Source: a virus. From it: a DNA stretch of 64,000 bases. The position numbers and the translations under genes are program-made. The notes beneath the pieces were generated by a model that was not told the DNA's origin, did not search any database, and saw nothing but the letters and a program-made list of their open reading frames with translations. Positions 49,618 to 58,980 of this stretch are shown piece by piece (positions within the stretch are counted from its first letter, which is position 1; each line of letters opens with the position of its first letter). The stretch lies in IMG/VR virus record IMGVR_UViG_3300027967_000093. One strand, given 5' to 3'.

Positions 49618-50145
49618 ATGGCTATTTTAGGTGTAGATGACTTTAAGTCAAAACTCAAAGGTGGTGGTGCCCGTGCGAACCTGTTCAACTGTCGTGTAAA
49701 CTTCCCTGCATACGCATTGGGAGATGCAGAGTTAACCTCGTTCATGGCAAAGGGTGCGGCTTTGCCCGCATCAACAATCGCTGAGATTGTTGTACCTTTC
49801 CGTGGTCGTCAGTTGAAGATTGCGGGTGACCGTACTTTCGAAGTATGGACTATCACTGTAATTAACGATACTGGTTTCGAAGTGCGTAATGCAATGGAAC
49901 GTTGGATGAATGGAATCAATTCTCATAATGAGAACACTGGTTTCAATAATCCAGATGAGTATCAAACTGACTTGTCAGTAGATCAGTTGGACAAAGATGG
50001 ACTTGTACTGAAGACGTACAATTTCCGTGGTTGTTTCCCAACTAATATCTCTGAGATTACTTTGAGCTACGAAACAACAGATGCTGTTGAAGAGTTCACA
50101 GTAACATTCCAAGTTCAGTATTGGGAGTCAGACACAACTAGTTAA
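49618..50145 (+). CDS. gp19: Tail tube protein gp19
   Basis: GGGARANLF, PFRGRQLKIAGDRTF..WT.T..ND and EEFTVTFQ.QYW motifs. Confidence 0.96.
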   Translation: MAILGVDDFKSKLKGGGARANLFNCRVNFPAYALGDAELTSFMAKGAALPASTIAEIVVPFRGRQLKIAGDRTFEVWTITVINDTGFEVRNAMERWMNGINSHNENTGFNNPDEYQTDLSVDQLDKDGLVLKTYNFRGCFPTNISEITLSYETTDAVEEFTVTFQVQYWESDTTS

Positions 50146-50160
50146 GTTGTGACTAAATAT

Positions 50161-50199
50161 ATGCGTGGGGGGATAGTCCCCCCGCGTATTATTTTTACT
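50161..50199 (+). terminator. Rho-independent terminator-like hairpin after gp19
   Basis: ATGCGTGGGGGGA-TAG-TCCCCCCGCGTAT stem, followed by TATTTTTACT. Confidence 0.75.
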
Positions 50200-50210
50200 T
50201 TGAGGCAAAG

Positions 50211-51734
50211 ATGGCAGACGACAATAATAGTATTATGAAACTATTCGGTTTCGAACTTAAACGTTCGAACAAGAAAGATCCGAATAAAGAAAATGATAAA
50301 TTACCCTCTATCGTTCCCAAGACGGATGACGATGGCGCAGGGTACGTCACTGCTAGTGGTTCACACTATGGACAGTATATCGATATCAACGGTGACAATG
50401 CGAAAGATAACGCAGAACTCATCATGAAGTATCGTGGTATCGCACAACACCCCGAAGTTGATGCTGCAATTGAAGATATTGTTAATGAGTCTATTTCAGG
50501 TTCAGAACAAGAATCTCCGGTTCAAATTAATCTTGATGGAGTTGAAACTTCTGATAAGATTAAGAAAATGATTACAGATGAGTTTTATGATATATGTTCG
50601 ATGTTGAACTTCAACGAATTCGGACACGACATGTTCCGTTCATGGTATATTGATGGTCGTCTTGTACACCATCTGGTAGTAAATGAATCGAATATGAAAG
50701 CAGGTATTCAGGAGATTCGTCCTGTCGATTCTGCGAAAGTAAGAAAAGTAAAAGAGGTAAAATATAAAAAGGATACTCAAACCAATGCGAAGATTGTAGA
50801 TAAGACTGAAGAGTTTTATGTCTTCCAAGAGAAGAATCAAACACAATCTGCGGTGAGACTTTCTCCCGATTCCGTTTCATATATTACTTCGGGTCTAACC
50901 GACCCTACTAAAAAACGTGTAGTATCATACCTACACAAAGCAATTAAACCCATCAACCAACTACGGATGATGGAAGACAGTCTGGTAATTTATCGTCTTG
51001 CACGTGCACCAGAACGTAGAATTTTTTACATTGATGTGGGTAACCTGCCAGCCAACAAGGCAGAACAACACATGAAAGATATCATGAATCGTTATCGTAA
51101 CAAGTTAGTGTACGATGCGAGTACGGGTAATCTGAAAGATGACCGTAAACATATGTCAATGTTAGAGGACTTCTGGTTACCCCGTAGAGAGGGTGGTAGA
51201 GGTACTGAGATTTCAACACTGCCAGGCGGTGAGAACTTAGGTCAGATTGATGATATTGTATACTTCCAGAAACGTTTGTATCGTTCTCTGAATGTACCTA
51301 TCGCTCGATTAGAACAAGAGTCACAGTTCTCACTGGGTCGCTCTACAGAAATATCTAGAGACGAAGTCAAGTTTCAGAAGTTTATAGATAGACTGCGTAA
51401 ACGTTTTTCTGGTCTATTCATAAACATTCTGAAGAAACAATTAATCCTAAAAGGTATCATTACTGAACAGGATTGGAATGAATGGAAAAATGATATCCAA
51501 GTTGATTTTATTCGGGATAATCATTTTACAGAATTAAAAGATGCAGAGATATTAACTAATAGACTGCAAACTCTTGACCAAGTAACACAATATGTAGGTG
51601 AATATTTCTCACGCGAGTGGGTAATGAAAAATGTGATGATGATGTCTGATGAAGATATCGATGAAATGAAAAAACAAGTTGAAGCCGAGAATGCAAAGGG
51701 TGGAGACGATGACGAAGAAGACCTTGGAGTATAA
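50211..51734 (+). CDS. gp20: Portal vertex protein gp20
   Basis: YLHKAIKP.NQLRMMEDSLVIYRL.RAPERRIFYIDVGNLP, and EDFWLPRREGGRGTEISTLPGG. Confidence 0.97.
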   Translation: MADDNNSIMKLFGFELKRSNKKDPNKENDKLPSIVPKTDDDGAGYVTASGSHYGQYIDINGDNAKDNAELIMKYRGIAQHPEVDAAIEDIVNESISGSEQESPVQINLDGVETSDKIKKMITDEFYDICSMLNFNEFGHDMFRSWYIDGRLVHHLVVNESNMKAGIQEIRPVDSAKVRKVKEVKYKKDTQTNAKIVDKTEEFYVFQEKNQTQSAVRLSPDSVSYITSGLTDPTKKRVVSYLHKAIKPINQLRMMEDSLVIYRLARAPERRIFYIDVGNLPANKAEQHMKDIMNRYRNKLVYDASTGNLKDDRKHMSMLEDFWLPRREGGRGTEISTLPGGENLGQIDDIVYFQKRLYRSLNVPIARLEQESQFSLGRSTEISRDEVKFQKFIDRLRKRFSGLFINILKKQLILKGIITEQDWNEWKNDIQVDFIRDNHFTELKDAEILTNRLQTLDQVTQYVGEYFSREWVMKNVMMMSDEDIDEMKKQVEAENAKGGDDDEEDLGV

Positions 51735-51736
51735 CT

Positions 51737-51961
51737 ATGGAAAATGATATTAACGATTTTATTGATGCAATTCAAAAACAGAACTTCAACTCAGCGAAAG
51801 ACCACTTTGATGCTTTAGTTGGTGAGAAGATGAATGATGCATTGGAACAAGAAAAGATTGCTGTCGCTGACACTATCTTCAATGATGCAGAAGAAGAACA
51901 ACTCGAATTCGACCTTGATGATGACGATCTTATCGAAGATGAAATCGAAGACGAAGATTAA
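51737..51961 (+). CDS. Small acidic prohead core protein (gp67-like)
   Basis: Lies after the portal gene and has a very acidic C-terminus. Confidence 0.65.
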   Translation: MENDINDFIDAIQKQNFNSAKDHFDALVGEKMNDALEQEKIAVADTIFNDAEEEQLEFDLDDDDLIEDEIEDED

Positions 51962-51990
51962 TAAAAGTTTAATCTTAAAGCTATAATTTG

Positions 51991-51998
51991 TATAAATA
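51991..51998 (+). promoter_or_regulatory. Late promoter TATAAATA for the head operon
   Basis: Exact consensus 21 nt upstream of ATG 52020. Confidence 0.8.
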
Positions 51999-52019
51999 AT
52001 ACTAAACTGGAAACTTTAA

Positions 52020-52223
52020 ATGAAAACATTTAGTCAACTTAGAGAGGCAGCAAAACCGAAAGGTGAGGTAGTCTTTGATAAAAAGATTCAACGCGTCCCT
52101 GTAAAGATTACTAAAGAAGGTAAAGGTTTCACTGTGTACATAGACGGTGACCGTCTAGACACTTTTAAAACACAGAAAGAGGCAGAGAAAACTGCACAGA
52201 CTGTAGTTAAGGAATTAAGTTAA
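52020..52223 (+). CDS. Small basic prohead/internal protein
   Basis: MKTF..LRE N-terminus, typical of T4-like capsid-targeted proteins. Lies before gp21. Confidence 0.65.
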   Translation: MKTFSQLREAAKPKGEVVFDKKIQRVPVKITKEGKGFTVYIDGDRLDTFKTQKEAEKTAQTVVKELS

Positions 52224-52883
52224 ATGAAACTGATTAGCGAATTTACCGAAAACGATATCCACTGTATCGTAGAAGCGAAAGAGAATGGCGAGAAGAATTA
52301 CGTCATCGAAGGTGTATTCGCTCAGGCAGATCAAAAGAATAGAAACGGACGTATTTACCCAAGAGCCATTATGGAGAATGCGGTAAATAAGTACGTTACA
52401 GAACAGGTTAGCAAGAAACGTGCGGTCGGTGAGTTGAATCACCCCGAAGGCCCTACTGTTAACCTTGACAAAGTTTCGCACCTTATTACTGACCTTCGTT
52501 TAGAAGGGAATAATGTGGTCGGAAAGGCACAAATATTGGATACTCCAATGGGTAGGATTGTAAAAGGTCTGCTTGAGGGTGGTGTACAACTAGGTGTGTC
52601 AACTCGTGGTATGGGAAGTTTAGAGAACCGAAATGGTGTCGCGTATGTAAAGGATGATTTCATGCTTGCAACCGTAGACATAGTACAAGACCCCTCCGCA
52701 CCTGATGCTTTTGTTAATGGTATTATGGAAGGTGTAGATTGGGTCTGGAATAACGGCATTTTGGAACAACAGACAATTGAAGATATGGAGACAGAAATCA
52801 AGAATGCACCGAAGGAGTACAGTTCTGCTGTTCAAATTCGTGAGTTTAAAAATTTCCTCTCGTTAATCAAATCTAATATGTAA
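52224..52883 (+). CDS. gp21: Prohead core protease gp21
   Basis: IEGVF.QA..KNRNGRIYP, GELNHP, GVSTRGMGSL and DIVQDPSAPDAFV motifs. Confidence 0.96.
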   Translation: MKLISEFTENDIHCIVEAKENGEKNYVIEGVFAQADQKNRNGRIYPRAIMENAVNKYVTEQVSKKRAVGELNHPEGPTVNLDKVSHLITDLRLEGNNVVGKAQILDTPMGRIVKGLLEGGVQLGVSTRGMGSLENRNGVAYVKDDFMLATVDIVQDPSAPDAFVNGIMEGVDWVWNNGILEQQTIEDMETEIKNAPKEYSSAVQIREFKNFLSLIKSNM

Positions 52884-52893
52884 GGAGTCAATA

Positions 52894-53925
52894 ATGACTA
52901 TTGAAAAAAATGTCGAAGTTGAACTTCACGATGATATTAACGAAATCGTGGAGGAAACTCTCGAAGAAAAGTCGGAGCCTAAGGGTGCAGGCGCAGCAGA
53001 CAAAGGTCAACTAGTTGGTGAACCAGAGTCAATCGCATCTGTAGACAAAGCCGCTGATGCGACAAGTAAAGCCGCACTACCTAAAACTAAAGCAGGTATG
53101 GTCAATGCAATGTACCAGAAGATGAACGCTATGAAAAAAGTGGATCTTCAGGCTGCATACGGCAAGGTCATGGGTGAAGACGTTGAAGGTATGGGTGAAG
53201 TTGTTGCAGAAGAGATTAATACTGCAAGTGAAATCGATGCACTTATCGAATCAGAGGCAACTCTGAGCGAAGAGTTCAAAGAGAAAACTGCGGTAATCTT
53301 TGAAGCAGCTCTGAAGTCTAAACTGTCCGAAGAAGTTTCTCGTTTAGAGGAACAATATCAAGAAGAACTATCTGAAGAAGTCGCGTCTATTAAGAGTGAC
53401 CTTGTTGAGAAAGTAGATTCTTACCTTAACTACGTAGTTGAATCTTGGATGGAAGATAACAAGGTTGCAGTACAGAACGGTCTCCGTACTGAAATCGCTG
53501 AAACTTTCATGGGTAAAATGAAAGACCTATTCGTAGAGTCTTACATTGATGTACCTGAAACCAAGGTAGACCTAGTTGATGAACTGGCTGGTCAAGTTGA
53601 AGAACTTGAAGAGAAGTTAAACTCTCAGACTGGTGAGTCTATTAAACTGTCAGAAGAACTCGAACAATATAAGCGTGATGCAATTATTGCAGAAGCGTGT
53701 CGTGGTCTTGCAGACACCCAAATCGAGAAAATGAAAGGTCTAGTTGAAGGTATCGACTTTGACAGCAAAGAACAATTTGCGTCAAGAGTTGCTACTATCA
53801 AAGAGTCTTATTTCTCAAAACAAATTAGTGAAGAAGTTGAAGTTGTAGACGAAGAACCTGAACATATTGTTGAGACTTCAGATGCAATGAACACTTACTT
53901 AAACGCTATTCGTAAACTCAAGTAA
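52894..53925 (+). CDS. gp22: Prohead core scaffold protein gp22
   Basis: LSEEFKEK...IFEAA, VDSYLNYVVE.W..DN and K.LF.E.YI.VP motifs. Confidence 0.93.
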   Translation: MTIEKNVEVELHDDINEIVEETLEEKSEPKGAGAADKGQLVGEPESIASVDKAADATSKAALPKTKAGMVNAMYQKMNAMKKVDLQAAYGKVMGEDVEGMGEVVAEEINTASEIDALIESEATLSEEFKEKTAVIFEAALKSKLSEEVSRLEEQYQEELSEEVASIKSDLVEKVDSYLNYVVESWMEDNKVAVQNGLRTEIAETFMGKMKDLFVESYIDVPETKVDLVDELAGQVEELEEKLNSQTGESIKLSEELEQYKRDAIIAEACRGLADTQIEKMKGLVEGIDFDSKEQFASRVATIKESYFSKQISEEVEVVDEEPEHIVETSDAMNTYLNAIRKLK

Positions 53926-53943
53926 AGATTAAAGGAAACTATT

Positions 53944-55290
53944 ATGCAATCTTACGATACTCTTATCGAAAAATGGTCACCAGTCCTCAACGAAGGTGTT
54001 GAAATTAAAGACCAACAACGTAAAGCAGTTACCGCTGCTATCCTAGAAAACCAAGAAATCGCAATGCGTCAAGACCGTGCACAACACGAAGGTTTTGGTG
54101 GATTGAACGAAGCTGCGCCTGGTAACAGCACTTCTTCTATCGGTACTTGGGATCCAGTATTGATTTCACTTGTACGCCGTGCAATGCCTAACTTGATGGC
54201 ATATGACGTATGTGGTGTTCAACCAATGTCTGGCCCAACTGGTCTCATCTTCGCGATGAAGGCACGTTATGGTGCAGGTGCAACTGCTTCACGTGAAGCA
54301 TTGTTCAACGAAGCAGAAACTCAGTTCTCTGGTGACCGTACTGGTACTCACGATTCTGATAACGCTTCTGGTTTCAACGGCATCTCTGATGACTCTGAAA
54401 CTGGTGTTCGCACTGTTGACTCAAGTGTTGATGACTCACGTCTGACTTCACTTGCTGCAACTGGTATGACTACCGCTGCTGCTGAAGCATTGGGTGACGG
54501 TGTTGGTGCACCTTTCGCAGAAATGGGTTTCACCATCGAGAAGCAGACTGTTACTGCAAAATCTCGTGCGTTGAAAGCTGAGTACAGTTTAGAACTTGCA
54601 CAAGACTTGAAAGCGATTCATGGTCTTGACGCAGAAACTGAACTTGCTAACATCCTTAGTACTGAAATCCTTGCGGAAATTAACCGTGAAGTTATCCGTA
54701 CTATCAACAGTCAAGCAAAAACTGGTGCATTGCAAGCGAACGTTACTACTAAAGGTATCTTCGACTTGTCAACTGATGCCGATGGTCGTTGGTCTGCTGA
54801 GAAGTTCAAAGGTCTTGTAGTACAATTAGACCGCGAAGCAAACGTAATTGCAAAAGAAACTCGCCGTGGTAAAGGTAACATCGTTATCTGTTCTTCTGAC
54901 GTTGCTACTGCACTTGCTGCATCTGGTATGTTGGATTACAGCCCTGCGTTGAGCACTAGTCTGCAAGTTGATGATACTGGTAATACTTTTGCCGGTGTTC
55001 TTAACGGTCGCATGAAAGTTTACATCGACCCTTATGCAACTGCTGATTATATCACTGTTGGTTACAAAGGTACTAACGCATATGACGCAGGTGTATTCTA
55101 CTGCCCATACGTACCTCTACAAATGGTTAAAGCCGTTGGTGAAGACAACTTCCAACCGAAAATTGGTTTCAAAACCCGTTACGGTATGGCGTCTAACCCA
55201 TTTGTTGGTTCAACTCCTAGTGACGGTCTTGCCGCTGCTAAGAGCAACCAGTACTACCGCATCTTCCGAGTGGACAATATCCTCTCCTAA
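53944..55290 (+). CDS. gp23: Major capsid protein gp23
   Basis: LVRRAMPNL.AYD.CGVQPMSGPTGLIFAM, KSRALKAEYSLELAQDLKAIHGLDAE.EL and FQPKIGFKTRYG motifs. Confidence 0.98.
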   Translation: MQSYDTLIEKWSPVLNEGVEIKDQQRKAVTAAILENQEIAMRQDRAQHEGFGGLNEAAPGNSTSSIGTWDPVLISLVRRAMPNLMAYDVCGVQPMSGPTGLIFAMKARYGAGATASREALFNEAETQFSGDRTGTHDSDNASGFNGISDDSETGVRTVDSSVDDSRLTSLAATGMTTAAAEALGDGVGAPFAEMGFTIEKQTVTAKSRALKAEYSLELAQDLKAIHGLDAETELANILSTEILAEINREVIRTINSQAKTGALQANVTTKGIFDLSTDADGRWSAEKFKGLVVQLDREANVIAKETRRGKGNIVICSSDVATALAASGMLDYSPALSTSLQVDDTGNTFAGVLNGRMKVYIDPYATADYITVGYKGTNAYDAGVFYCPYVPLQMVKAVGEDNFQPKIGFKTRYGMASNPFVGSTPSDGLAAAKSNQYYRIFRVDNILS

Positions 55291-55330
55291 GATACAGATA
55301 AAAAGAACTCTTTTAAGAGTCGTCTTTTCA

Positions 55331-55357
55331 GGGGTGCAGAAATGCACCCCTTTTTTT
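55331..55357 (+). terminator. Rho-independent terminator after gp23
   Basis: GGGGTGCA-GAAA-TGCACCCC followed by T7. Confidence 0.92.
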
Positions 55358-55386
55358 ATGTCCATTATATTGACCATTATAATGGG

Positions 55387-55394
55387 TATAAATA
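55387..55394 (+). promoter_or_regulatory. Late promoter TATAAATA upstream of gp3
   Basis: Exact consensus. Confidence 0.8.
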
Positions 55395-55417
55395 CCAGTA
55401 TATAAATGGAGACCCTA

Positions 55418-55912
55418 ATGGCAACATTAACTACAAACAAAAACTACTTGCAACCTACGGGATTCAAGTTCATCATCAATAGACAGAACTATACCAACTT
55501 AGAGTTCTTTGCACAGTCGGTTACGCATCCTGGCGCAACTGTCGCACCTCTTGAGATGCCACTGAGTCGTATCCAGTCTATGCCACTTGCGGGTGATAAG
55601 ATTAACTATGGTGAGATGCAACTCGATATCCTACTTGACGAGAACATGGAATCTTATATTGAAATGCAGAATTGGTTGGAACGTATTGTCAATGATGGTC
55701 AAGTGAATAGTGAAAGTACTACCAAGGTACCTACCTATGCAGATATCACCCTGATGATTCTTACTAGTCATAACAACAATAATGTGCAGATACGATACAA
55801 TGATTGTCTTCCTACCAACGTAGGGTCTATTCAATTGTCCGCAAATGCAACTGATGTTACATACCCCACTTTCACCACATCATTTAGGTTTAGTTCATTT
55901 GAGATAAAATAA
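55418..55912 (+). CDS. gp3: Tail tube terminator / completion protein gp3
   Basis: NYLQPTGFKF, FF.QSV..PG, GDK..Y and DENM..Y.E...W motifs. Start placed at ATG 55418 (GGAG RBS); 55406 is the alternative. Confidence 0.85.
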   Translation: MATLTTNKNYLQPTGFKFIINRQNYTNLEFFAQSVTHPGATVAPLEMPLSRIQSMPLAGDKINYGEMQLDILLDENMESYIEMQNWLERIVNDGQVNSESTTKVPTYADITLMILTSHNNNNVQIRYNDCLPTNVGSIQLSANATDVTYPTFTTSFRFSSFEIK

Positions 55913-56541
55913 TGCGTGTTATTGATATTATGAATAGAAATGTTTTGGATATACTACAAGACTTTCGACACACCTTTATGATTAGGTATGATGTGACAGA
56001 AACAAACACCTTCCTTACTGATGATAGGGGGAGTGAGTATTGGTGTAGTGATGAAGTTCTAGAAGATATGCAACACGACCATGATGGTAGTCCACCGGCT
56101 GCAAGATCTTATTGTCTTAAACCAGACCATTATAAAGGTTGCGAAAAAACTGATTATGTGATAGACTATATGTGTCTAGACTCGAGATTAAAGACTGAAC
56201 TCGGAGTTCAATTCTCTGCACTCAGTCAGTTGTATCCACCAAGTGGTTTTATTGGATGGCACACCAACGAGAATGCGTCTGCATATAATTTGATATTCAC
56301 CTACAGTGAGACTGGGGATGGATACTTTGAATATATAGACCCCAAGACAAAAGAAAAGATAAGAGTTCAAGACAAGAAGGGTTGGAACTGTAAGGCTGGT
56401 TACTTTGGGTCTTCGTATGAATCTGACCGTATAGTTTACCATTGCGCATCAACTAATTGTTGGAGAATGACGTTAAGTTTTACCCTTGGTCATGATTATG
56501 ACTTTTGGCAGGACTGTATTGAACATATAAGTACACCTTGA
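55912..56541 (+). CDS. 2OG-Fe(II) oxygenase-like protein, copy 2 (paralogue of 35632-36327)
   Basis: YPPSGFIGWHTNENASAYNLIF..SETGDG.F.Y.DP.TKE....DK.GWNCKA.YFG ... YHCA..CWR. Confidence 0.65.
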   Translation: MRVIDIMNRNVLDILQDFRHTFMIRYDVTETNTFLTDDRGSEYWCSDEVLEDMQHDHDGSPPAARSYCLKPDHYKGCEKTDYVIDYMCLDSRLKTELGVQFSALSQLYPPSGFIGWHTNENASAYNLIFTYSETGDGYFEYIDPKTKEKIRVQDKKGWNCKAGYFGSSYESDRIVYHCASTNCWRMTLSFTLGHDYDFWQDCIEHISTP

Positions 56542-56555
56542 ATAATGGAGATATT

Positions 56556-57002
56556 ATGTTAGACCTTGAATCTATATTGAAAGAGTGGGAAGAAGATTGT
56601 AAGATTCCCCAACACCAACTGGACGAGACATCCAGACACACCCCCATGTTACATGCAAAGTATTTGCAGTATCTGTCTCTCACTAAGTTAAATCTTAAAC
56701 GTGCAGAACACACACAAAAAGATATGTTACTCGATAAGTGGCATTATTATAACGGTTCGATGGATGAAGAAACCCTCAAGGAACGTGGTTGGAATCCTGA
56801 CCCTTTCCATGGTCTACGCATACTCAAGGGTGACCTTGACCGTTACTACAATTCAGACAAAGATATCCAAAAATCTGAAGAGAAGATTGCATACCTCAAG
56901 ACTATAATTGAGACACTTACGGATATACTAGATAACTTAAAGTGGAGACATCAAACCATAAAAAATATGATAGAATATCGTAAATTTGAAGCAGGGGCGT
57001 AA
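56556..57002 (+). CDS. uvsY: Recombination mediator UvsY
   Basis: W.EDC.I, P.LHAKYL, YY.G, LK.DL..Y..SD and W...TIKN.IE.RKF.AG motifs. ATG 56556 has a GGAG RBS. Confidence 0.88.
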   Translation: MLDLESILKEWEEDCKIPQHQLDETSRHTPMLHAKYLQYLSLTKLNLKRAEHTQKDMLLDKWHYYNGSMDEETLKERGWNPDPFHGLRILKGDLDRYYNSDKDIQKSEEKIAYLKTIIETLTDILDNLKWRHQTIKNMIEYRKFEAGA

Positions 57003-58510
57003 TGCAAGATAATACTATCCGTGTCAGAATGTTGAGTCATTCTTATATGGCAATCGAATCTAATCCAGCACAAGAACAGGAGTTGAGAGATCACTTCGCG
57101 TTCTTTGTTCCTGGCCATAAATTTATGCCGGCATTTAAATCGCGTAAATGGGATGGGAAGATAAAATTATATTCGACTGTCACTAAACAAATGAACGTAG
57201 GTCTATATCACCACCTACGTAAGTTCTGTGCGGATAGATTTTATCCCCTACAAATTGTAGAACATGAGAAGTATGGTATTCCGAATGCACAGGATGAAGT
57301 GAACCACCCTGACTTAGTTAAGTACCTAGGAAACCTTGGTTGTCCATTCGAACCTAGAGACTATCAGTACAAAGCGATATCCCATGGTATTGAGAGTAGA
57401 CGGTGTTTGTTACTGTCACCCACCGGCAGTGGTAAGTCTTTTATTATATACAACCTTATGCGTTTTGTCAAGGAAAAACGTTCGGTAAAGAAGACTCTTA
57501 TTATTGTTCCTACAACAAGTCTGGTAGAACAGATGTACAAAGACTTCGAGGACTATGGGTATGACGTAGAAGAGAACTGTCATCGTATATACTCAGGTAA
57601 GGAAAAGGTCACCGATAAACCCATTATCATATCCACTTGGCAGTCAATCTATAAGTTCGGGTCAGAATGGTTCGAACAGTTTGGTGCGATATTTGGAGAT
57701 GAGGTTCATCTATTCAAGGCAAAGTCCCTGTCTACTATGATGGATAAATGTGTTAATGCGAAGTACAGGTTCGGTACTACAGGTACACTTGATGGTACCG
57801 AGACTAACAAACTGGTACTAGAAGGTTTATTCGGGCCTGTGTTTACGGTGACTAGCACCGTGAAATTGCAAGAAGATAAACAACTTGCAGACCTAGACAT
57901 CTCTATTCTTCTTCTGAAGTATCATAATGATATATGTCAACGGATGAAAGAAAAGACCTATCAAGAAGAGATTGATTACATAGTTACAAATGAACGCCGA
58001 AACAAGTTCATTACTAAACTTGCAACTGACCAGACAGGTAACACTCTGGTCATGTTTCAGTTCGTAGAGAAACACGGTAAGGTTCTTTACGACATGATTA
58101 ATGATGCAACATCTGACACAGACAGAAAAGTCTTTTATGTGTCCGGTGAAGTCGACACCTCTGACCGAGAGAAGATTCGGGGGATCGTGGAGAAAGAAAA
58201 TGATTCAATTATTGTTGCTAGTCTCGGTACTTTCAGTACTGGTATCAATATACGGAATTTACATAACATCGTATTTGCGACTCCAAGTAAATCCCAAGTC
58301 AAGGTACTCCAAAGTATTGGACGTGGTTTACGTCAGTCTGATGATGGTAGTACTACCAAGTTGTTTGATATTGCTGATGATTTATCCTTAAAAGGTCATC
58401 GTAACTTTACCCTTAACCACTCGGGTGAACGTGTTAAGATGTACACGCGGGAGGGGTTTAAATATAGGATATATAAGATAGACCTAAAAGGAAACGATGA
58501 TGATATATGA
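57002..58510 (+). CDS. uvsW: SF2 RNA-DNA/DNA helicase UvsW
   Basis: PRDYQ, SPTGSGKS, GDEVH, GTTGT and QSIGRGLR motifs. Confidence 0.96.
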   Translation: MQDNTIRVRMLSHSYMAIESNPAQEQELRDHFAFFVPGHKFMPAFKSRKWDGKIKLYSTVTKQMNVGLYHHLRKFCADRFYPLQIVEHEKYGIPNAQDEVNHPDLVKYLGNLGCPFEPRDYQYKAISHGIESRRCLLLSPTGSGKSFIIYNLMRFVKEKRSVKKTLIIVPTTSLVEQMYKDFEDYGYDVEENCHRIYSGKEKVTDKPIIISTWQSIYKFGSEWFEQFGAIFGDEVHLFKAKSLSTMMDKCVNAKYRFGTTGTLDGTETNKLVLEGLFGPVFTVTSTVKLQEDKQLADLDISILLLKYHNDICQRMKEKTYQEEIDYIVTNERRNKFITKLATDQTGNTLVMFQFVEKHGKVLYDMINDATSDTDRKVFYVSGEVDTSDREKIRGIVEKENDSIIVASLGTFSTGINIRNLHNIVFATPSKSQVKVLQSIGRGLRQSDDGSTTKLFDIADDLSLKGHRNFTLNHSGERVKMYTREGFKYRIYKIDLKGNDDDI

Positions 58511-58886
58511 TTCGAAGAAAGTTAAACAACTCAAGCTGGTTACTGGCGAAGAGATTATGTGTGAAATCCTCGAGGAAGACGAACAGGATATCATTATACG
58601 AAATGCACTGACTATTCAATTCAATACGATGGAAGATGGTAGTCGTATGTGGTCGTTCAAATATTTTATGTGTTACCAAGACGACTCTGAACGTTTTACC
58701 CTTGTCAAGATGGATAAGATTGTTGCAGTTGCAAATCCAATCAATGATTTGTATGAACAGTACTATGGTGCTGTACAATCGATGATGGACGCACCAGTTG
58801 AAGATGGTACTTGGGGTGAAGAGGAAGAAGGAATTACAGAAGATGAAGATAAAGGTAAGGTTGTTAAGTTCCCAACGATTCACTAA
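58497..58886 (+). CDS. Conserved hypothetical protein (KL.TGEEI motif, Sm-like)
   Basis: VKQLKLVTGEEI.C N-terminus, usual after uvsW in T4-like phages. Confidence 0.7.
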   Translation: MMIYDSKKVKQLKLVTGEEIMCEILEEDEQDIIIRNALTIQFNTMEDGSRMWSFKYFMCYQDDSERFTLVKMDKIVAVANPINDLYEQYYGAVQSMMDAPVEDGTWGEEEEGITEDEDKGKVVKFPTIH

Positions 58887-58920
58887 TCGTTATATTCACT
58901 GGGGGGCAGACAACAGTCTT

Positions 58921-58949
58921 ATTCTACCACATAAAAAAGATTATGTCAA
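58921..58949 (-). promoter_or_regulatory. Antisense sigma70-type promoter TTGACA-17-TAGAAT with extended -10 (TGn)
   Basis: Minus strand: TTGACA 58949-58944, TGG 58929-58927, TAGAAT 58926-58921. An AT-rich stretch lies upstream. Confidence 0.7.
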
Positions 58950-58980
58950 GTTATATTTTTAATTATTTTAGGATTATTTT

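Noticed and set aside
55300-55328. Extra AT-rich hairpin before the gp23 terminator as an ncRNA
   Set aside because: It is short and weak, and is adequately explained as part of the 3' UTR/terminator.
58458-58883. 141-aa minus-strand ORF as the target of the antisense promoter
   Set aside because: It is fully antisense to a conserved gene, has no RBS, and has an atypical Phe/Ile-rich shadow composition.
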